DNA of 64,000 nt from an uncultured Alphaproteobacteria bacterium (GCA_949282205.1 CASDOS010000047.1:21925-85924); one strand, 5' to 3'; positions 45,544 to 55,381 are shown, counted from the stretch's first letter. Translations and numbers: made by a program. The notes: generated from the sequence alone by a model not told the origin.

Positions 45544-46482
45544 CTATTCTTGTTCCACTATCGTTACATCCGAATGACCGTAATCTAATACTCGGTCTAA
45601 AATCTTCATCGCTTCGGCTTTACTCTGATACGCACCCAAACGGACGCGGTAGACACCGTTTTTGCTTAAATAGGCTTCGTATATCGTGACATTGCCGAAA
45701 CGTTTCATATTGTCAGCCATTTGTTTGGCTTTGTCATAATCCGCAAAAGCTCCGACTTGCACAAAGAATGGTCCTTCTTCGGTGCTGCTCGGTATGCTCA
45801 CATTTGTATTCGCATTTGAGCTTAATGTTATTTCCGAAGTGTATTGTAACGGACGGCGTGTCGTGGTGCTGATTTCATATTTGGTATTCGAAACCGTTTG
45901 AGTGTTTGAATATGGAATCGTGTTGTTTCCGTAGGTCTTTGATGAGTTGGTCGGTGATAACATCGCTTCTTTTATCGCGCGGCTCTCTTTTTCAAGTATC
46001 TCAACTTTTACTTTTGCGGTGCCTTTGTTTTTATATCCCAGTAACTCCGCTCCTTTTTCCGATAAATCTATAATGCGGTTTTTTACATAAGGACCGCGGT
46101 CGTTTACTCGGGCTATAATCGATTTGCCGTTTTCCAAATTGGTGACACGAACAATCGAAGGCAACGGTAAAGTGCGGTGTGCCGCCGTTACCGCGCGCAT
46201 ATCATAAGTTTCTCCATTTGCCGTGCGCTTGTTATGAAAATCGTCCCCATACCAAGAAGCCATGCCGACTTCTTCGTAGTCATAGTCTTCTTTTGGGGTG
46301 TAGCTTTGCCCTAAAACCGTATAAGGGTTGCCGACTTTATATATGCCTCCGTCTTCTTTGATGGCGGCGACTTCTTCTTGTAAATTCTTATATGCAAATT
46401 CTTTCGGTTCAGATGCACAGCCTGAGAGTAATAACAGGGCGCAGAAACCTAGTTGAAATTTGTATCTTTTCAGTATCGTCAT
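45544..46482 (-). CDS. rlpA: Septal ring lytic transglycosylase RlpA with C-terminal SPOR domain
   Basis: Lipobox LLSGC; DPBB region ASWYGDDFHNKRTANGE...VRVTNLENGKS..ARVNDRGPY; SPOR-like FFVQVGAF...YRVRLG. Confidence 0.9.
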   Translation of the reverse strand: MTILKRYKFQLGFCALLLLSGCASEPKEFAYKNLQEEVAAIKEDGGIYKVGNPYTVLGQSYTPKEDYDYEEVGMASWYGDDFHNKRTANGETYDMRAVTAAHRTLPLPSIVRVTNLENGKSIIARVNDRGPYVKNRIIDLSEKGAELLGYKNKGTAKVKVEILEKESRAIKEAMLSPTNSSKTYGNNTIPYSNTQTVSNTKYEISTTTRRPLQYTSEITLSSNANTNVSIPSSTEEGPFFVQVGAFADYDKAKQMADNMKRFGNVTIYEAYLSKNGVYRVRLGAYQSKAEAMKILDRVLDYGHSDVTIVEQE

Positions 46483-46655
46483 TTTGTATCGTTCCTTTTG
46501 CGCGATATTCTAATCGCTTGATTGATGTCTGTAAAGCTCCTTGACACAGTTATTGACTGTTGTTTTTCCAGATGCTCTAAAAAATTTTTGACAATTATAT
46601 TCTTTGTTTTATCATAGCTCATAAATCCTTAATAAATCGATAAGGGAATGGGGAA

Positions 46656-47957
46656 ATGTTGACAGAACGCAAGGTGTTTTTAGGGTGCTTGACCGCCGTA
46701 GGGTTGTGGGCCGAAACATTGGGGGCTAAACCCGTTGATGTTATTCGACCGGAAGATGAGGCTATTTTGGAAGGTGTTTTTGTTCTTGATGGGCAAAATG
46801 AAAAACAAAAACGAACTTCGCCTATGGCTGATGGTAACGGCGTTGTCATGAAAGGCGCTCGTGACGCTACTCGTATCAGAGCCGTGCCGCTTAATGTTAC
46901 TTTCGGGGAAAATACTTCCGCTTTGCCCTCAGAAACGCCTAGTTCTAAAGATGATAAAAAAGACTCTTCTGTTAAAACCTCTGTTGACAATGCTCAGAAT
47001 ATGACGGTTGAAGTCAACAGCGGGGCAGACCTTAAAAATACTATGAAAACCGTGGTGGAAGGGGAAACTCAGAAAACGTCAGCCCCTGTTGAAAAAGTTG
47101 AGGAAAAAAATGTTAAAACGACCGCGAAAACCCTAAACCCACCAAAGGCAGATGAAAAAGGCGAATCTGCAGAAAATAGTAATTCCGCATATTCTTATCA
47201 AGAGGAAATTCGGTATACTTATCCCAGCAAAAATGAACGGGAACAAGCGCGGAAACCGCTTAGTGAATGGTATAATCCGAACTTAAACGCGGCGGTTAAT
47301 CGGACACAAAGTGTTGCCGCTAAACCGAAAGATGAAACCTTTATGCAATATCGCTTGGCCGTTTCCGATTGCTTGGATTTGCGTCAAGATGATTTGGAGA
47401 TGGATAAGGCTATGCTTCGACAAGGCAATATGTACAATGCCGCGGCTTATGTGTCGCAAACCCTCGAAGCGGTTAATGCTTGTTATGAAAATATCGGTTA
47501 TGATATCATTCGGGTTTATTATGGTGATGATCCGCAAGTTAAAGAACGTTTTGCTCGTCGTATTCAGGATTTCTATATCACCGGTACCGATGTTAATTTT
47601 AATCCGAAATTTTGCGGCGATGATTGCTCGCTTGAGGCTATGATTGATGCGCAATTGGCTAAATTTGCCGAGTTTCGGACTTACTTGGCGCAGTTGTTGA
47701 ATGAACGTCCGTCGTTGCAACCTCTGGCTGCGCCGATGATCCTTGCTTCTTCTCAAAATAGTACCAGTTCTGTAAAAAATGTTGAATATGATGAAGACGG
47801 AGGACCGTTTATTGATGTTCCTTCCGCAGATGATACTTCGGTTGATGTTGCTCCGAATCGCTCGTCGCGTTCTTCATCTGATTATAATTCGCTTCCGTTC
47901 AGAGCGCCGGCGCAAAATGATAAAAACAATCGTTATGAGTTGCCCGAAATTATGTAG
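46656..47957 (+). CDS. Secreted hypothetical protein (433 aa)
   Basis: Signal-like N-terminus, a low-complexity K/E/T-rich first half, and a structured C-terminal part. No recognised family. Confidence 0.65.
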   Translation: MLTERKVFLGCLTAVGLWAETLGAKPVDVIRPEDEAILEGVFVLDGQNEKQKRTSPMADGNGVVMKGARDATRIRAVPLNVTFGENTSALPSETPSSKDDKKDSSVKTSVDNAQNMTVEVNSGADLKNTMKTVVEGETQKTSAPVEKVEEKNVKTTAKTLNPPKADEKGESAENSNSAYSYQEEIRYTYPSKNEREQARKPLSEWYNPNLNAAVNRTQSVAAKPKDETFMQYRLAVSDCLDLRQDDLEMDKAMLRQGNMYNAAAYVSQTLEAVNACYENIGYDIIRVYYGDDPQVKERFARRIQDFYITGTDVNFNPKFCGDDCSLEAMIDAQLAKFAEFRTYLAQLLNERPSLQPLAAPMILASSQNSTSSVKNVEYDEDGGPFIDVPSADDTSVDVAPNRSSRSSSDYNSLPFRAPAQNDKNNRYELPEIM

Positions 47958-48061
47958 ATGTTTTCTCATAATATTCGTCGGAGTTGTGCAAAATGCGCGG
48001 GAATTGCTGAAATTAAAAAGGTTGCGTGCGGTGATAATGAAACTTTAAAGAGAGTTGTTTG

Positions 48062-49105
48062 ATGGCTGATGATGTAATTTATCCTTATCAAAATCCGTAT
48101 CTTATCGGACATGATGAAGAGGTTAGTCTCTTTTTATCCGCGTATAATTCGGGGGCGCTCCATCATGGTTGGTTGATTACCGGTGATGAGGGTATCGGTA
48201 AAGCTACACTGGCCTATAAAATTGCACGCTTTTTGCTTTCGGTTAAAGATGGTGAAAAATATAACTCTCTTGATGTGGATGTCAACGGGGCGGTTTTTGC
48301 TCAAGTGGCGCAGAAATCTCATCCCGATTTTAAGGTCTTGGAGAGAGATTTTACTGATACCGATAAGAAAAAATTAATTAAAGCCATTAATCAGGGCGAA
48401 GAAGTTGACGAAGAAATGAGGCAAAGTCTTAAACGCTCGGCCGTGATTAAAGTTGAAGATGTGCGAGATGTGGTCGAATTTCTTTCCAAAAAGTCTTTTA
48501 ACGACAGCTGGCGCGTGGTGATTGTTGATTCTGCCGATGATTTGAATACCTCGAGCGCTAATGCTTTGCTGAAAATATTGGAAGAGCCGCCGCTTAAAAG
48601 TATTTTGTTACTTATCTCTCACAATCCCGGGAAATTGTTGCCCACTATTCGTTCTCGTTGCGCAAAATTGGCGCTTAAACCGTTGGCGGAAAATGAAGTC
48701 GCCTCTTTGCTCAGACGTTATAAACCCTCGTTGCCCGAAACGGAAGTTACGGGACTTGCCAAAATTGCCGCGGGTAGTATCGGTCGCGCAATTAAATATG
48801 CCGAAAATGATGCGCTTGAAATGTATGAAGATATTAAAAAACTTTGCTATGCCGGTGCGAAATGCGACGGAGCTCTCCTTTTAGATGTGGCGAATCAGGT
48901 GGCTGCTGATGAAGATTGCTGGGATTTGTTTGTCGAATTGATGGCTCGGTTTGCTCGCGATAATTTGCCTGATGCCCCTCATCCTCGCGAATTCTATGAG
49001 GCATACGAACAGGCGCTTAAGGTTTTTGATGAAACGGTGCGTGTTAATATGGATAAAAAAATGGCCGCTCTGCAGGTCTTGACATTGTTCGGCGGAGCGT
49101 GCTAA
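48062..49105 (+). CDS. holB: DNA polymerase III subunit delta'
   Basis: HGWLITGDEGIGKATLA, SANALLKILEEPP, TIRSRC. Confidence 0.9.
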   Translation: MADDVIYPYQNPYLIGHDEEVSLFLSAYNSGALHHGWLITGDEGIGKATLAYKIARFLLSVKDGEKYNSLDVDVNGAVFAQVAQKSHPDFKVLERDFTDTDKKKLIKAINQGEEVDEEMRQSLKRSAVIKVEDVRDVVEFLSKKSFNDSWRVVIVDSADDLNTSSANALLKILEEPPLKSILLLISHNPGKLLPTIRSRCAKLALKPLAENEVASLLRRYKPSLPETEVTGLAKIAAGSIGRAIKYAENDALEMYEDIKKLCYAGAKCDGALLLDVANQVAADEDCWDLFVELMARFARDNLPDAPHPREFYEAYEQALKVFDETVRVNMDKKMAALQVLTLFGGAC

Positions 49106-49161
49106 ACGATATTGTCGTGATGAACTATATGTTTTCAGATGTTTTTCGGAGTTAGATAAAA

Positions 49162-49953
49162 ATGTTTGTGGACAGTCATTGTCATATTGAAGATGATGAA
49201 ACGGCTTTGCGTGCCGGAAGCGCCGGTGTGGGTGTGCTCTTAAACGCCGGAAAAGATTTGGACGAGGCTCAAGCTCAACTCTTAATGTGTACACGTTTTG
49301 ACGAACTGCACAAACAAAATCCGCTTGCTCCGAAGATGTGGACATCGGTTGGCGTACATCCTGATTCAGCGCCGGAAAAATTGAATAAAATTCAAGTGGA
49401 AGATATTGTGAAGGCGGCGCAACATCCGAAGGTTATCGCTATCGGAGAATGTGGACTTGATTATCATTACGGCGCAGAGGTTAAAAAAGAACAACAAGAA
49501 ATGTTTGCTCGTCATGTTGAGGCTTCGGGGATTACCGGTTTGCCTTTGATGATACATCAGCGCGAAGCCGAGGAGGATATGTTGCGAATCTTATATGACG
49601 GGGTGAAAAAATTTGGTAAACTTCGTGGGGTTATTCATTGTTTTACATCTAATCAACAATTTGCCGAGGCTGTGCTTGAACTCGGTTTTTATATTTCGGC
49701 ATCGGGAATTGTTACTTTTAAAAGCGCCGCTGATGTTGCGACGGTGTTTCAGAATTATCCTTTGGATAAAATCTTGATTGAAACCGATAGTCCGTATTTG
49801 GCGCCGGTCCCTTATCGGGGGAAAAACAATGAGCCGGCTTTTGTGCTTAAAACAGCTGAGAAAATTGCTCAAATTAAGGGCTTGACGATTCAAGAAATTG
49901 AACGTATAACTACCGATAACTTTTTTAATTTGTATTCTAAAGCTCAACGATGA
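49162..49953 (+). CDS. tatD: TatD-family metal-dependent hydrolase
   Basis: FVDSHCH, IGECGLDY, IHCF, ETDSPYL. Confidence 0.92.
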   Translation: MFVDSHCHIEDDETALRAGSAGVGVLLNAGKDLDEAQAQLLMCTRFDELHKQNPLAPKMWTSVGVHPDSAPEKLNKIQVEDIVKAAQHPKVIAIGECGLDYHYGAEVKKEQQEMFARHVEASGITGLPLMIHQREAEEDMLRILYDGVKKFGKLRGVIHCFTSNQQFAEAVLELGFYISASGIVTFKSAADVATVFQNYPLDKILIETDSPYLAPVPYRGKNNEPAFVLKTAEKIAQIKGLTIQEIERITTDNFFNLYSKAQR

Positions 49954-49968
49954 ACGGAAAGGTGTGGC

Positions 49969-50781
49969 GTGTCTAAAGTTTTGATTTTGGGGGCGGGAGC
50001 AGCTCCGGGGGTGCCTTCTTTGGCTAACGGTTTTGGGGAATGTGATCCGAAAAATGAAAGAAATATTCGCTTGAGAAGCGGTACTTATATGGAAATCAGC
50101 GGGGTTAAATTCTTAATCGATACTTCGCCTGATTTGCGTATGCAGTTGATACTCGGTAATATTCGTGCGCTGGACGCCGTCTTTTATACACATACGCACG
50201 CTGATCACTTGCACGGAATTGATGATTTGCGCGAAATTAACCGTATTACCGGTCAGGCTATCGAACTGTTTGCTTCACCGGATAATCTCGAAATTATTCG
50301 GACACGCTTTCCGTATTTGATTGCTGAGAAAAAAGAAGATGTCGAACCCGTGTATCGCGCTGCTCTGCACCCGAATACGTTTAATTATGAGGAAAGTTTT
50401 TATTTCAGAGATTTGAAAGTGACGCCGATTAAATTGCAGGGACATAATGTGGAATGTTCAGGGTATATCTTTAATGACGGTGAAGTCGTGCATATATCTG
50501 ATTTTCGTGATATTCCCGAAAGCGCTTTCCATTTTATTAAACGCAAACCGGAAGTGTTGATTATGCCGCTGACGACGCCCGAAGGTACGCGTTTTCATGC
50601 CGGCTTGGCAACGCTTCTTGAATATGCCGCACGTTTGCAGCCGAAAAAAACGATTATTACGCATATGGCCGTGGAATGTGATTATGAAACGGTTAAAAAC
50701 GCTTGCCCGAAGGGAATTGAACCGGCATACGACGGATTGGAGCTTTCTTGGCGTAGCGCCGTGGTTGCTCAGGCGGTCTAA
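49969..50781 (+). CDS. MBL-fold metallo-hydrolase (PhnP-like)
   Basis: HTHADHLHGIDDLR motif; GTG start after GGAAAGG. Confidence 0.85.
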   Translation: MSKVLILGAGAAPGVPSLANGFGECDPKNERNIRLRSGTYMEISGVKFLIDTSPDLRMQLILGNIRALDAVFYTHTHADHLHGIDDLREINRITGQAIELFASPDNLEIIRTRFPYLIAEKKEDVEPVYRAALHPNTFNYEESFYFRDLKVTPIKLQGHNVECSGYIFNDGEVVHISDFRDIPESAFHFIKRKPEVLIMPLTTPEGTRFHAGLATLLEYAARLQPKKTIITHMAVECDYETVKNACPKGIEPAYDGLELSWRSAVVAQAV

Positions 50782-50812
50782 TTGAGTTTTTATTAACGAA
50801 AGGATGGGCTAT

Positions 50813-51691
50813 ATGTTGTGCATTTATCATTCGGCTGATCATGACGGTAAAGGTTCGGCGGCAATTGTTAAATATGCTTATAAAGATTGCGAACTCTTGG
50901 GATTTAATTATGATCAGGAAATTCCTTATGACGAAATCGAAAAACATCAGGATATTGTGATTTGCGATATTTCTTTTCCGATGGATTATATGTTTAAGTT
51001 GCATGCCGAGAAAAATTTGACTTGGATAGATCATCACGCATCGGCGATTGAGGCGTATGAACAAATGCTCAAAACCGAAGGTGGTTTTGGAATTAAAGGT
51101 TCTCGCGCGGTCGGAACGGCTGCGATTGAACTCACTTGGCAATATTTCTTTCCGCAAAAAGAAGTACCGGAAGGGGTGAAACTTTTGGCGCTTAATGACT
51201 TGTTTGATTTACGCGATAAAAGAGTGCGTCCTTTTGAATTTGCTTTTCAAGCTATGGGCGTTAATCGTCCGTATGAAAAAGTTTGGCGAGATTTGTTTGA
51301 GGGACGGATTGATATTGATTTGATGGTCGAGAAAGGTAATGCTATCTTATCATATATTCGAAATCGCGATTACAGACTTTCTCGCAATATGTCGTTTGAG
51401 GGAACTTATAACGGACTTCGTTTTATTGCGGCTAATATGGCGCAAGCCGGTTCGGACTTTTTTGATACGCTCGATAATATTGCCAATTATGACTTTATGG
51501 TCAGTTTTTCGCTTAATAAACGCAGTAAGTGGAATTTATCTTTCCGCACGACAAAGGATAATGTTGATGTTTCGGCGATTGCGGCGGAATTTGGAGGCGG
51601 TGGTCATAAAAAAGCTTCGGGGGCTTCGGGGTTGGATAAGCTACCGGACTTCTTAACCCAAAACGTGCGTGAGTGGACGAAGTTTAATTAA
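50813..51691 (+). CDS. DHH/DHHA1-family phosphoesterase (short NrnA-like)
   Basis: HSADHDG, WIDHHAS, GGGGHKKASGA. The AAAGGA SD favours the ATG at 50813. Confidence 0.8.
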   Translation: MLCIYHSADHDGKGSAAIVKYAYKDCELLGFNYDQEIPYDEIEKHQDIVICDISFPMDYMFKLHAEKNLTWIDHHASAIEAYEQMLKTEGGFGIKGSRAVGTAAIELTWQYFFPQKEVPEGVKLLALNDLFDLRDKRVRPFEFAFQAMGVNRPYEKVWRDLFEGRIDIDLMVEKGNAILSYIRNRDYRLSRNMSFEGTYNGLRFIAANMAQAGSDFFDTLDNIANYDFMVSFSLNKRSKWNLSFRTTKDNVDVSAIAAEFGGGGHKKASGASGLDKLPDFLTQNVREWTKFN

Positions 51692-51714
51692 ACGTTTATG
51701 CAGAAATTTTTAAT

Positions 51715-51750
51715 AAAAAAATAGAGTGTTCTTTGGAACGCTCTTTCTTT
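51715..51750. terminator. Bidirectional intrinsic terminator
   Basis: agagtgttc / gaacgctct stem flanked by an A run and a T-rich run, between convergent genes. Confidence 0.75.
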
Positions 51751-51763
51751 GTGTTATTTTTGA

Positions 51764-52015
51764 TTAAAAAATATCGCTGCCTTTGATTAAATTGGCAACT
51801 ATTTGGCGGACTTCTTTGACTACTTTGTAGGTTACGAAGCAGGCAATAACGAAGGCTATGCCAAATAATATTCTCACATCTTTCGGCGGCGTGCAACCTA
51901 TACGGAACACGGCGCAAAAACTAAGTGTTGTTCCCAGTATGAGCGCAATGATCATAAGTGAAAAGAGAATTACGGTCATACAATGGCAGATTTTTCTTTT
52001 GCGGGGCGGGGGCAT
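51764..52015 (-). CDS. Small membrane protein (83 aa, 2 TM)
   Basis: Basic N-terminus PPPRKRK followed by two hydrophobic helices. No SD. Confidence 0.5.
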   Translation of the reverse strand: MPPPRKRKICHCMTVILFSLMIIALILGTTLSFCAVFRIGCTPPKDVRILFGIAFVIACFVTYKVVKEVRQIVANLIKGSDIF

Positions 52016-52221
52016 TTGTTTTTGGTTTTTTTTAACGAGGTTGGCTCCTTAGTCCACTCCTCGTGAAACAACGTCGCATAGGCGGTTGTTTCAGGTTATT
52101 AATTTACATATCTATACTTTTCTAGGCTTGAAATATCATATTTTTAGAGATGAAACAATGTTTTTTTATCTCGCGTATTCAAGGTGTTATATTGGTGGAG
52201 GGAATTTTTTTTGCAAAAATT

Positions 52222-52247
52222 TGAACTTTTTTAAGAGGCGCTCGTTA
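52222..52247 (+). promoter_or_regulatory. ECF-type promoter (TGAAC-N16-CGTTA) in front of the sigma operon
   Basis: Matches the generic ECF -35 GAAC / -10 CGT pattern. It lies 43 nt upstream of the ATG at 52290. Confidence 0.5.
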
Positions 52248-52289
52248 TACTCTGTGTAAGTTGAATGAATTTAGCTGAGGATTTTTGAG

Positions 52290-52559
52290 ATGGATAAAAT
52301 TTCCGGACTTTTAGCTGAGGCGAAACCGCTTTATAAGCAACGCAAAAGGGAACGTCAAATTTTGACAGGTACTTTTGGCTCGCTTGTTATCGGGGTTTGG
52401 GTCGGGCTGCAGGCGTGGTTGCCGGTACCGACTTTAAGCGAAGGACAGTTTAATGATTATATGGCGATGCTTTATGATGGTGATTCTTACTTTGCTTATG
52501 AGGTTGAAAGCGACGATATGCTTCCTTTGGACGGTTATGGCTTTTATGAGGTCAGTTAA
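52290..52559 (+). CDS. Small single-pass membrane protein, putative anti-sigma factor (89 aa)
   Basis: GAGGA SD; about 24 aa cytoplasmic, a TM (ILTGTFGSLVIGVWVGLQAW), then an acidic tail. TAATG overlap with the sigma gene. Confidence 0.55.
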   Translation: MDKISGLLAEAKPLYKQRKRERQILTGTFGSLVIGVWVGLQAWLPVPTLSEGQFNDYMAMLYDGDSYFAYEVESDDMLPLDGYGFYEVS

Positions 52560-53053
52560 TGGAAAACTTAAATTGGTTTCAGAAACGTTTGGTTAAAAAC
52601 GTGGTCAGAAAAATGCTTAATCGCTCGGATGAAGATGTTGAACAGGAAATTTATATCCGCTTATGGCAGAAATTTTCGACTTATCGTGAGCAGGAAAAAC
52701 TCGGCGCATGGATACGCGTCGTGGCTGAAAACTTTTGTAAAGATTATCTTAAAAGCAAAAGTCAAAAGCTCTTAAATGCTTCCATCGATGAGGAAAGCGC
52801 CGGTTTGGAAAATATTTCCGCTCCTGATAATCCGGAAAGAGAGTGGCTCTTGAAATGTCGGCGGAAACTTATCTTAAGCGCAGTGGACGAACTACCTAAA
52901 GATATGCGTAAGGCGATTGTTTTGGTTGAGTTTGAGGGGCTTAACTATGATGATGCGGCGAAACGATTGAAAATTAATGTCGGTACGCTGAAGTCCAGAC
53001 TGCATAACGCTAAAGCTAAGTTGCACGAGAAATTGGCTTATTTGGAATTGTAA
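52559..53053 (+). CDS. ECF-family RNA polymerase sigma factor
   Basis: Region 2 (IYIRLWQKF...WIRVVAENFCKDYL) and region 4 HTH (YDDAAKRLKINVGTLKSRLHNAK). Confidence 0.88.
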   Translation: MENLNWFQKRLVKNVVRKMLNRSDEDVEQEIYIRLWQKFSTYREQEKLGAWIRVVAENFCKDYLKSKSQKLLNASIDEESAGLENISAPDNPEREWLLKCRRKLILSAVDELPKDMRKAIVLVEFEGLNYDDAAKRLKINVGTLKSRLHNAKAKLHEKLAYLEL

Positions 53054-53103
53054 TTTTTGACGGCTGAATTGAAATTCGTGTTTTTTGATGAAAGGATTTG
53101 ATT

Positions 53104-53745
53104 ATGGAACAGGAAAGAAAAAGATTGTTGATTACCGGCGGTTTGGCTTTTGTGGGGGGTATTGCTGTTACATTGACAGCATTCGCAATTGCGTTTTGTC
53201 CGGCAAAAAAATATGGACACTGGCGCGGGGCTTGGCGTGACAGAGCTCCTTATATGATGCCTATGGACAGACCAATGCCTCGTCATCACGATATGCATTT
53301 TGATGACCGTCGCCCGCTACCGCCACATCATGACGCTCGCTTTGATGGTCGTCGTCCCGAACCCCGTCCGCATGCTTTGAAGGATTTAAGACGTCCCGGG
53401 AAAGAGGGGTTTCATCCCGACGAGATGATGAAAGAACGTTTTGCTAAAAAACTTAATTTGACTGATGAACAAAAAGCGCAAATCGAAAAATTCCGTAAAG
53501 AAGATATGGAACAGATGAAACCGCTATTTGATCAGATGGATGAACTGCGCAAACAAGCCGATGAATTGCGTGAACAGAATAAAGCTCGTTTTGAAAGTGT
53601 CTTAACCGACGAGCAGAAAGATATCTTGAAAGCTATGCACGATAAGAAAATGGCGCGCAAAGCAGAGAGGAAAAAGTTGAAAGACAAAGCGCCTCTTGTT
53701 CAAGATAAAACAGCTCCTGCTGCTGTTGATAAAGCAGGAAAATAA
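53104..53745 (+). CDS. Membrane-anchored periplasmic LTXXQ protein (CpxP/Spy/ZraP/CnrX-like) with a His/Arg/Pro-rich repeat
   Basis: TM anchor; tandem HHD.(H/R)FD.RRP.P repeats; LTDEQKAQIEKF and LTDEQKDILKAM LTXXQ motifs. Confidence 0.75.
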   Translation: MEQERKRLLITGGLAFVGGIAVTLTAFAIAFCPAKKYGHWRGAWRDRAPYMMPMDRPMPRHHDMHFDDRRPLPPHHDARFDGRRPEPRPHALKDLRRPGKEGFHPDEMMKERFAKKLNLTDEQKAQIEKFRKEDMEQMKPLFDQMDELRKQADELREQNKARFESVLTDEQKDILKAMHDKKMARKAERKKLKDKAPLVQDKTAPAAVDKAGK

Positions 53746-53761
53746 CTCTTATATACCTACT

Positions 53762-53799
53762 AAAAAAAGCCGCTGACCGTTGAAGTCAGGGGCTTTTTT
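53762..53799. terminator. Bidirectional intrinsic terminator
   Basis: gcc.ctgac / gtcag.ggc stem flanked by A7 and T6. Confidence 0.8.
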
Positions 53800-53821
53800 A
53801 TTTTCTGGATTTTTTTAACGA

Positions 53822-53989
53822 TTAATACCGAAAAACCTCGAATCTTCGGCGTGCAGCTGCTTGGCTCGCTTCTTGCTGAAGGCGGGTTTGTTTCTTTCTT
53901 AAACTTATGCGCACAGTTATTAACATCGCGCTTATTGCAATGGCACATCCTTGCAAGATTGTGGTTGCGTTCAATAAAATATTATCCAT
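53822..53989 (-). CDS. Candidate small membrane protein (55 aa), absent from the ORF track
   Basis: My hand translation gives MDNILLNATTILQGCAIAISAMLITVRISLRKKQTRLQQEASQAAARRRFEVFRY*. One TM plus a basic tail; it ends 22 nt before the bidirectional terminator; no SD. Confidence 0.35.
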   Translation of the reverse strand: MDNILLNATTILQGCAIAISAMLITVRISLRKKQTRLQQEASQAAARRRFEVFRY

Positions 53990-54193
53990 AACATAAAAAT
54001 TTAAAGTTACCTAAAAATCTTTCTACATTTTTTGTGTATAACATGATTTTTGTTTTTGTCAATACTTTTTTGGCAATTTTTTTACGGTTTACGGAAAATG
54101 TTTTTTGGGGGGATTTTTAAATCTTTTTAAACGTCTGAAGGATACACTTTTTAGCATAAGAAAAGTGTTTCAATATGACGGGAGTGCTTGATT

Positions 54194-55381
54194 ATGAGCA
54201 GAGCGATTATTTTAATGATGGATTCATTTGGTGTCGGTGGGGCAAAAGATGCTCGCGCTTTTGGTGATGAAGGTGCGAATACCTTTGTGCATATTGCCGA
54301 GAATTATCCTCGTTTTTCTATACCGAATTTAGAGGCGCTCGGGCTTAATCGCGCTAGTCTTTTAGCGACCGGTAAAGAGGCTCCGCTAACTCGGGCCGAG
54401 GCGAAAATGAATGTCCATGCGGCGTATGGATGTATGGAGGAAATCAGTGCGGGGAAAGATACAATTTCCGGACATTGGGAAATGGCTGGCGTACCCGTAC
54501 GGCAAGATTTCGGGCATTTTCCTCCGCAATATCCCTCATTTCCGCAGGAATTGGTCGAACGTATTTGTAAACGCGCAGGCTTGAGCGGAATTTTGGGAAA
54601 TAAGGCCGCTTCCGGTACCGTCATTATTCAAGAACTCGGAGAAGAACATTTGGCGACGGGGAAACCTATCTTTTACACTTCTGCCGATAGTAATCTGCAA
54701 ATTGCCGCTCATGAGGAAAAATTTGGTTTGGAGCGTTTGTATGAACTTTGCGAAATTGCTTTTGAAGAGGTTAAACCTTATCATATCGCTCGAGTTATCG
54801 CCAGACCTTTTGTCGGAGAGAAAAACGGTGCTTTCGTGCGTACCAAAAATCGCCATGATTATGCGCTCTCTCCCCTTGCGCCAACGCTTTTGGATAAAGC
54901 GAATGAAAAAGGACTTGAAGTGGTGGCTATCGGCAAAATTTCTGATATTTACGCAGGATCCGGAGTGACGAAAAAAGTGCTTGCCAGCGGTTTGGAAGAA
55001 CTTTGGGATAAAACTCTCGAAGAAATTAAAAATCTTGATGCCGACGGTATTGTGTTTACCAACTTTGTCGATTTTGATATGACTTGGGGGCACCGTCGCG
55101 ATGTTAAAGGTTACGCCGAAGGGCTGATGTATTTTGATGCGCGTTTGCCCGAAATCCTCCCTCTGCTTCGTGATGATGATGTTGTCTTTATTACCGCCGA
55201 CCATGGATGCGACCCAACGTGGACGGGGACTGACCATACACGCGAATGTGTGCCGGTGTTGATGTTTGGACCGAATGTGAAACCCCAATCTCTCGGGCGA
55301 CGCAAAACTTATGCCGATATTGCCGAAACAATTGCGGTGAAATTCGGTTTGGCGCCGTTTCATATCGGTTCGCCGTTTTAG
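54194..55381 (+). CDS. deoB: Phosphopentomutase
   Basis: [25 protein letters not shown]. Confidence 0.93.
   Translation: MSRAIILMMDSFGVGGAKDARAFGDEGANTFVHIAENYPRFSIPNLEALGLNRASLLATGKEAPLTRAEAKMNVHAAYGCMEEISAGKDTISGHWEMAGVPVRQDFGHFPPQYPSFPQELVERICKRAGLSGILGNKAASGTVIIQELGEEHLATGKPIFYTSADSNLQIAAHEEKFGLERLYELCEIAFEEVKPYHIARVIARPFVGEKNGAFVRTKNRHDYALSPLAPTLLDKANEKGLEVVAIGKISDIYAGSGVTKKVLASGLEELWDKTLEEIKNLDADGIVFTNFVDFDMTWGHRRDVKGYAEGLMYFDARLPEILPLLRDDDVVFITADHGCDPTWTGTDHTRECVPVLMFGPNVKPQSLGRRKTYADIAETIAVKFGLAPFHIGSPF

Noticed and set aside
53760-53948. The 62-aa minus-strand ORF listed in the ORF track.
   Set aside because: It runs through the terminator hairpin and has an implausible sequence. 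The alternative-frame 55-codon ORF (53822..53989) is the better candidate, though still uncertain.
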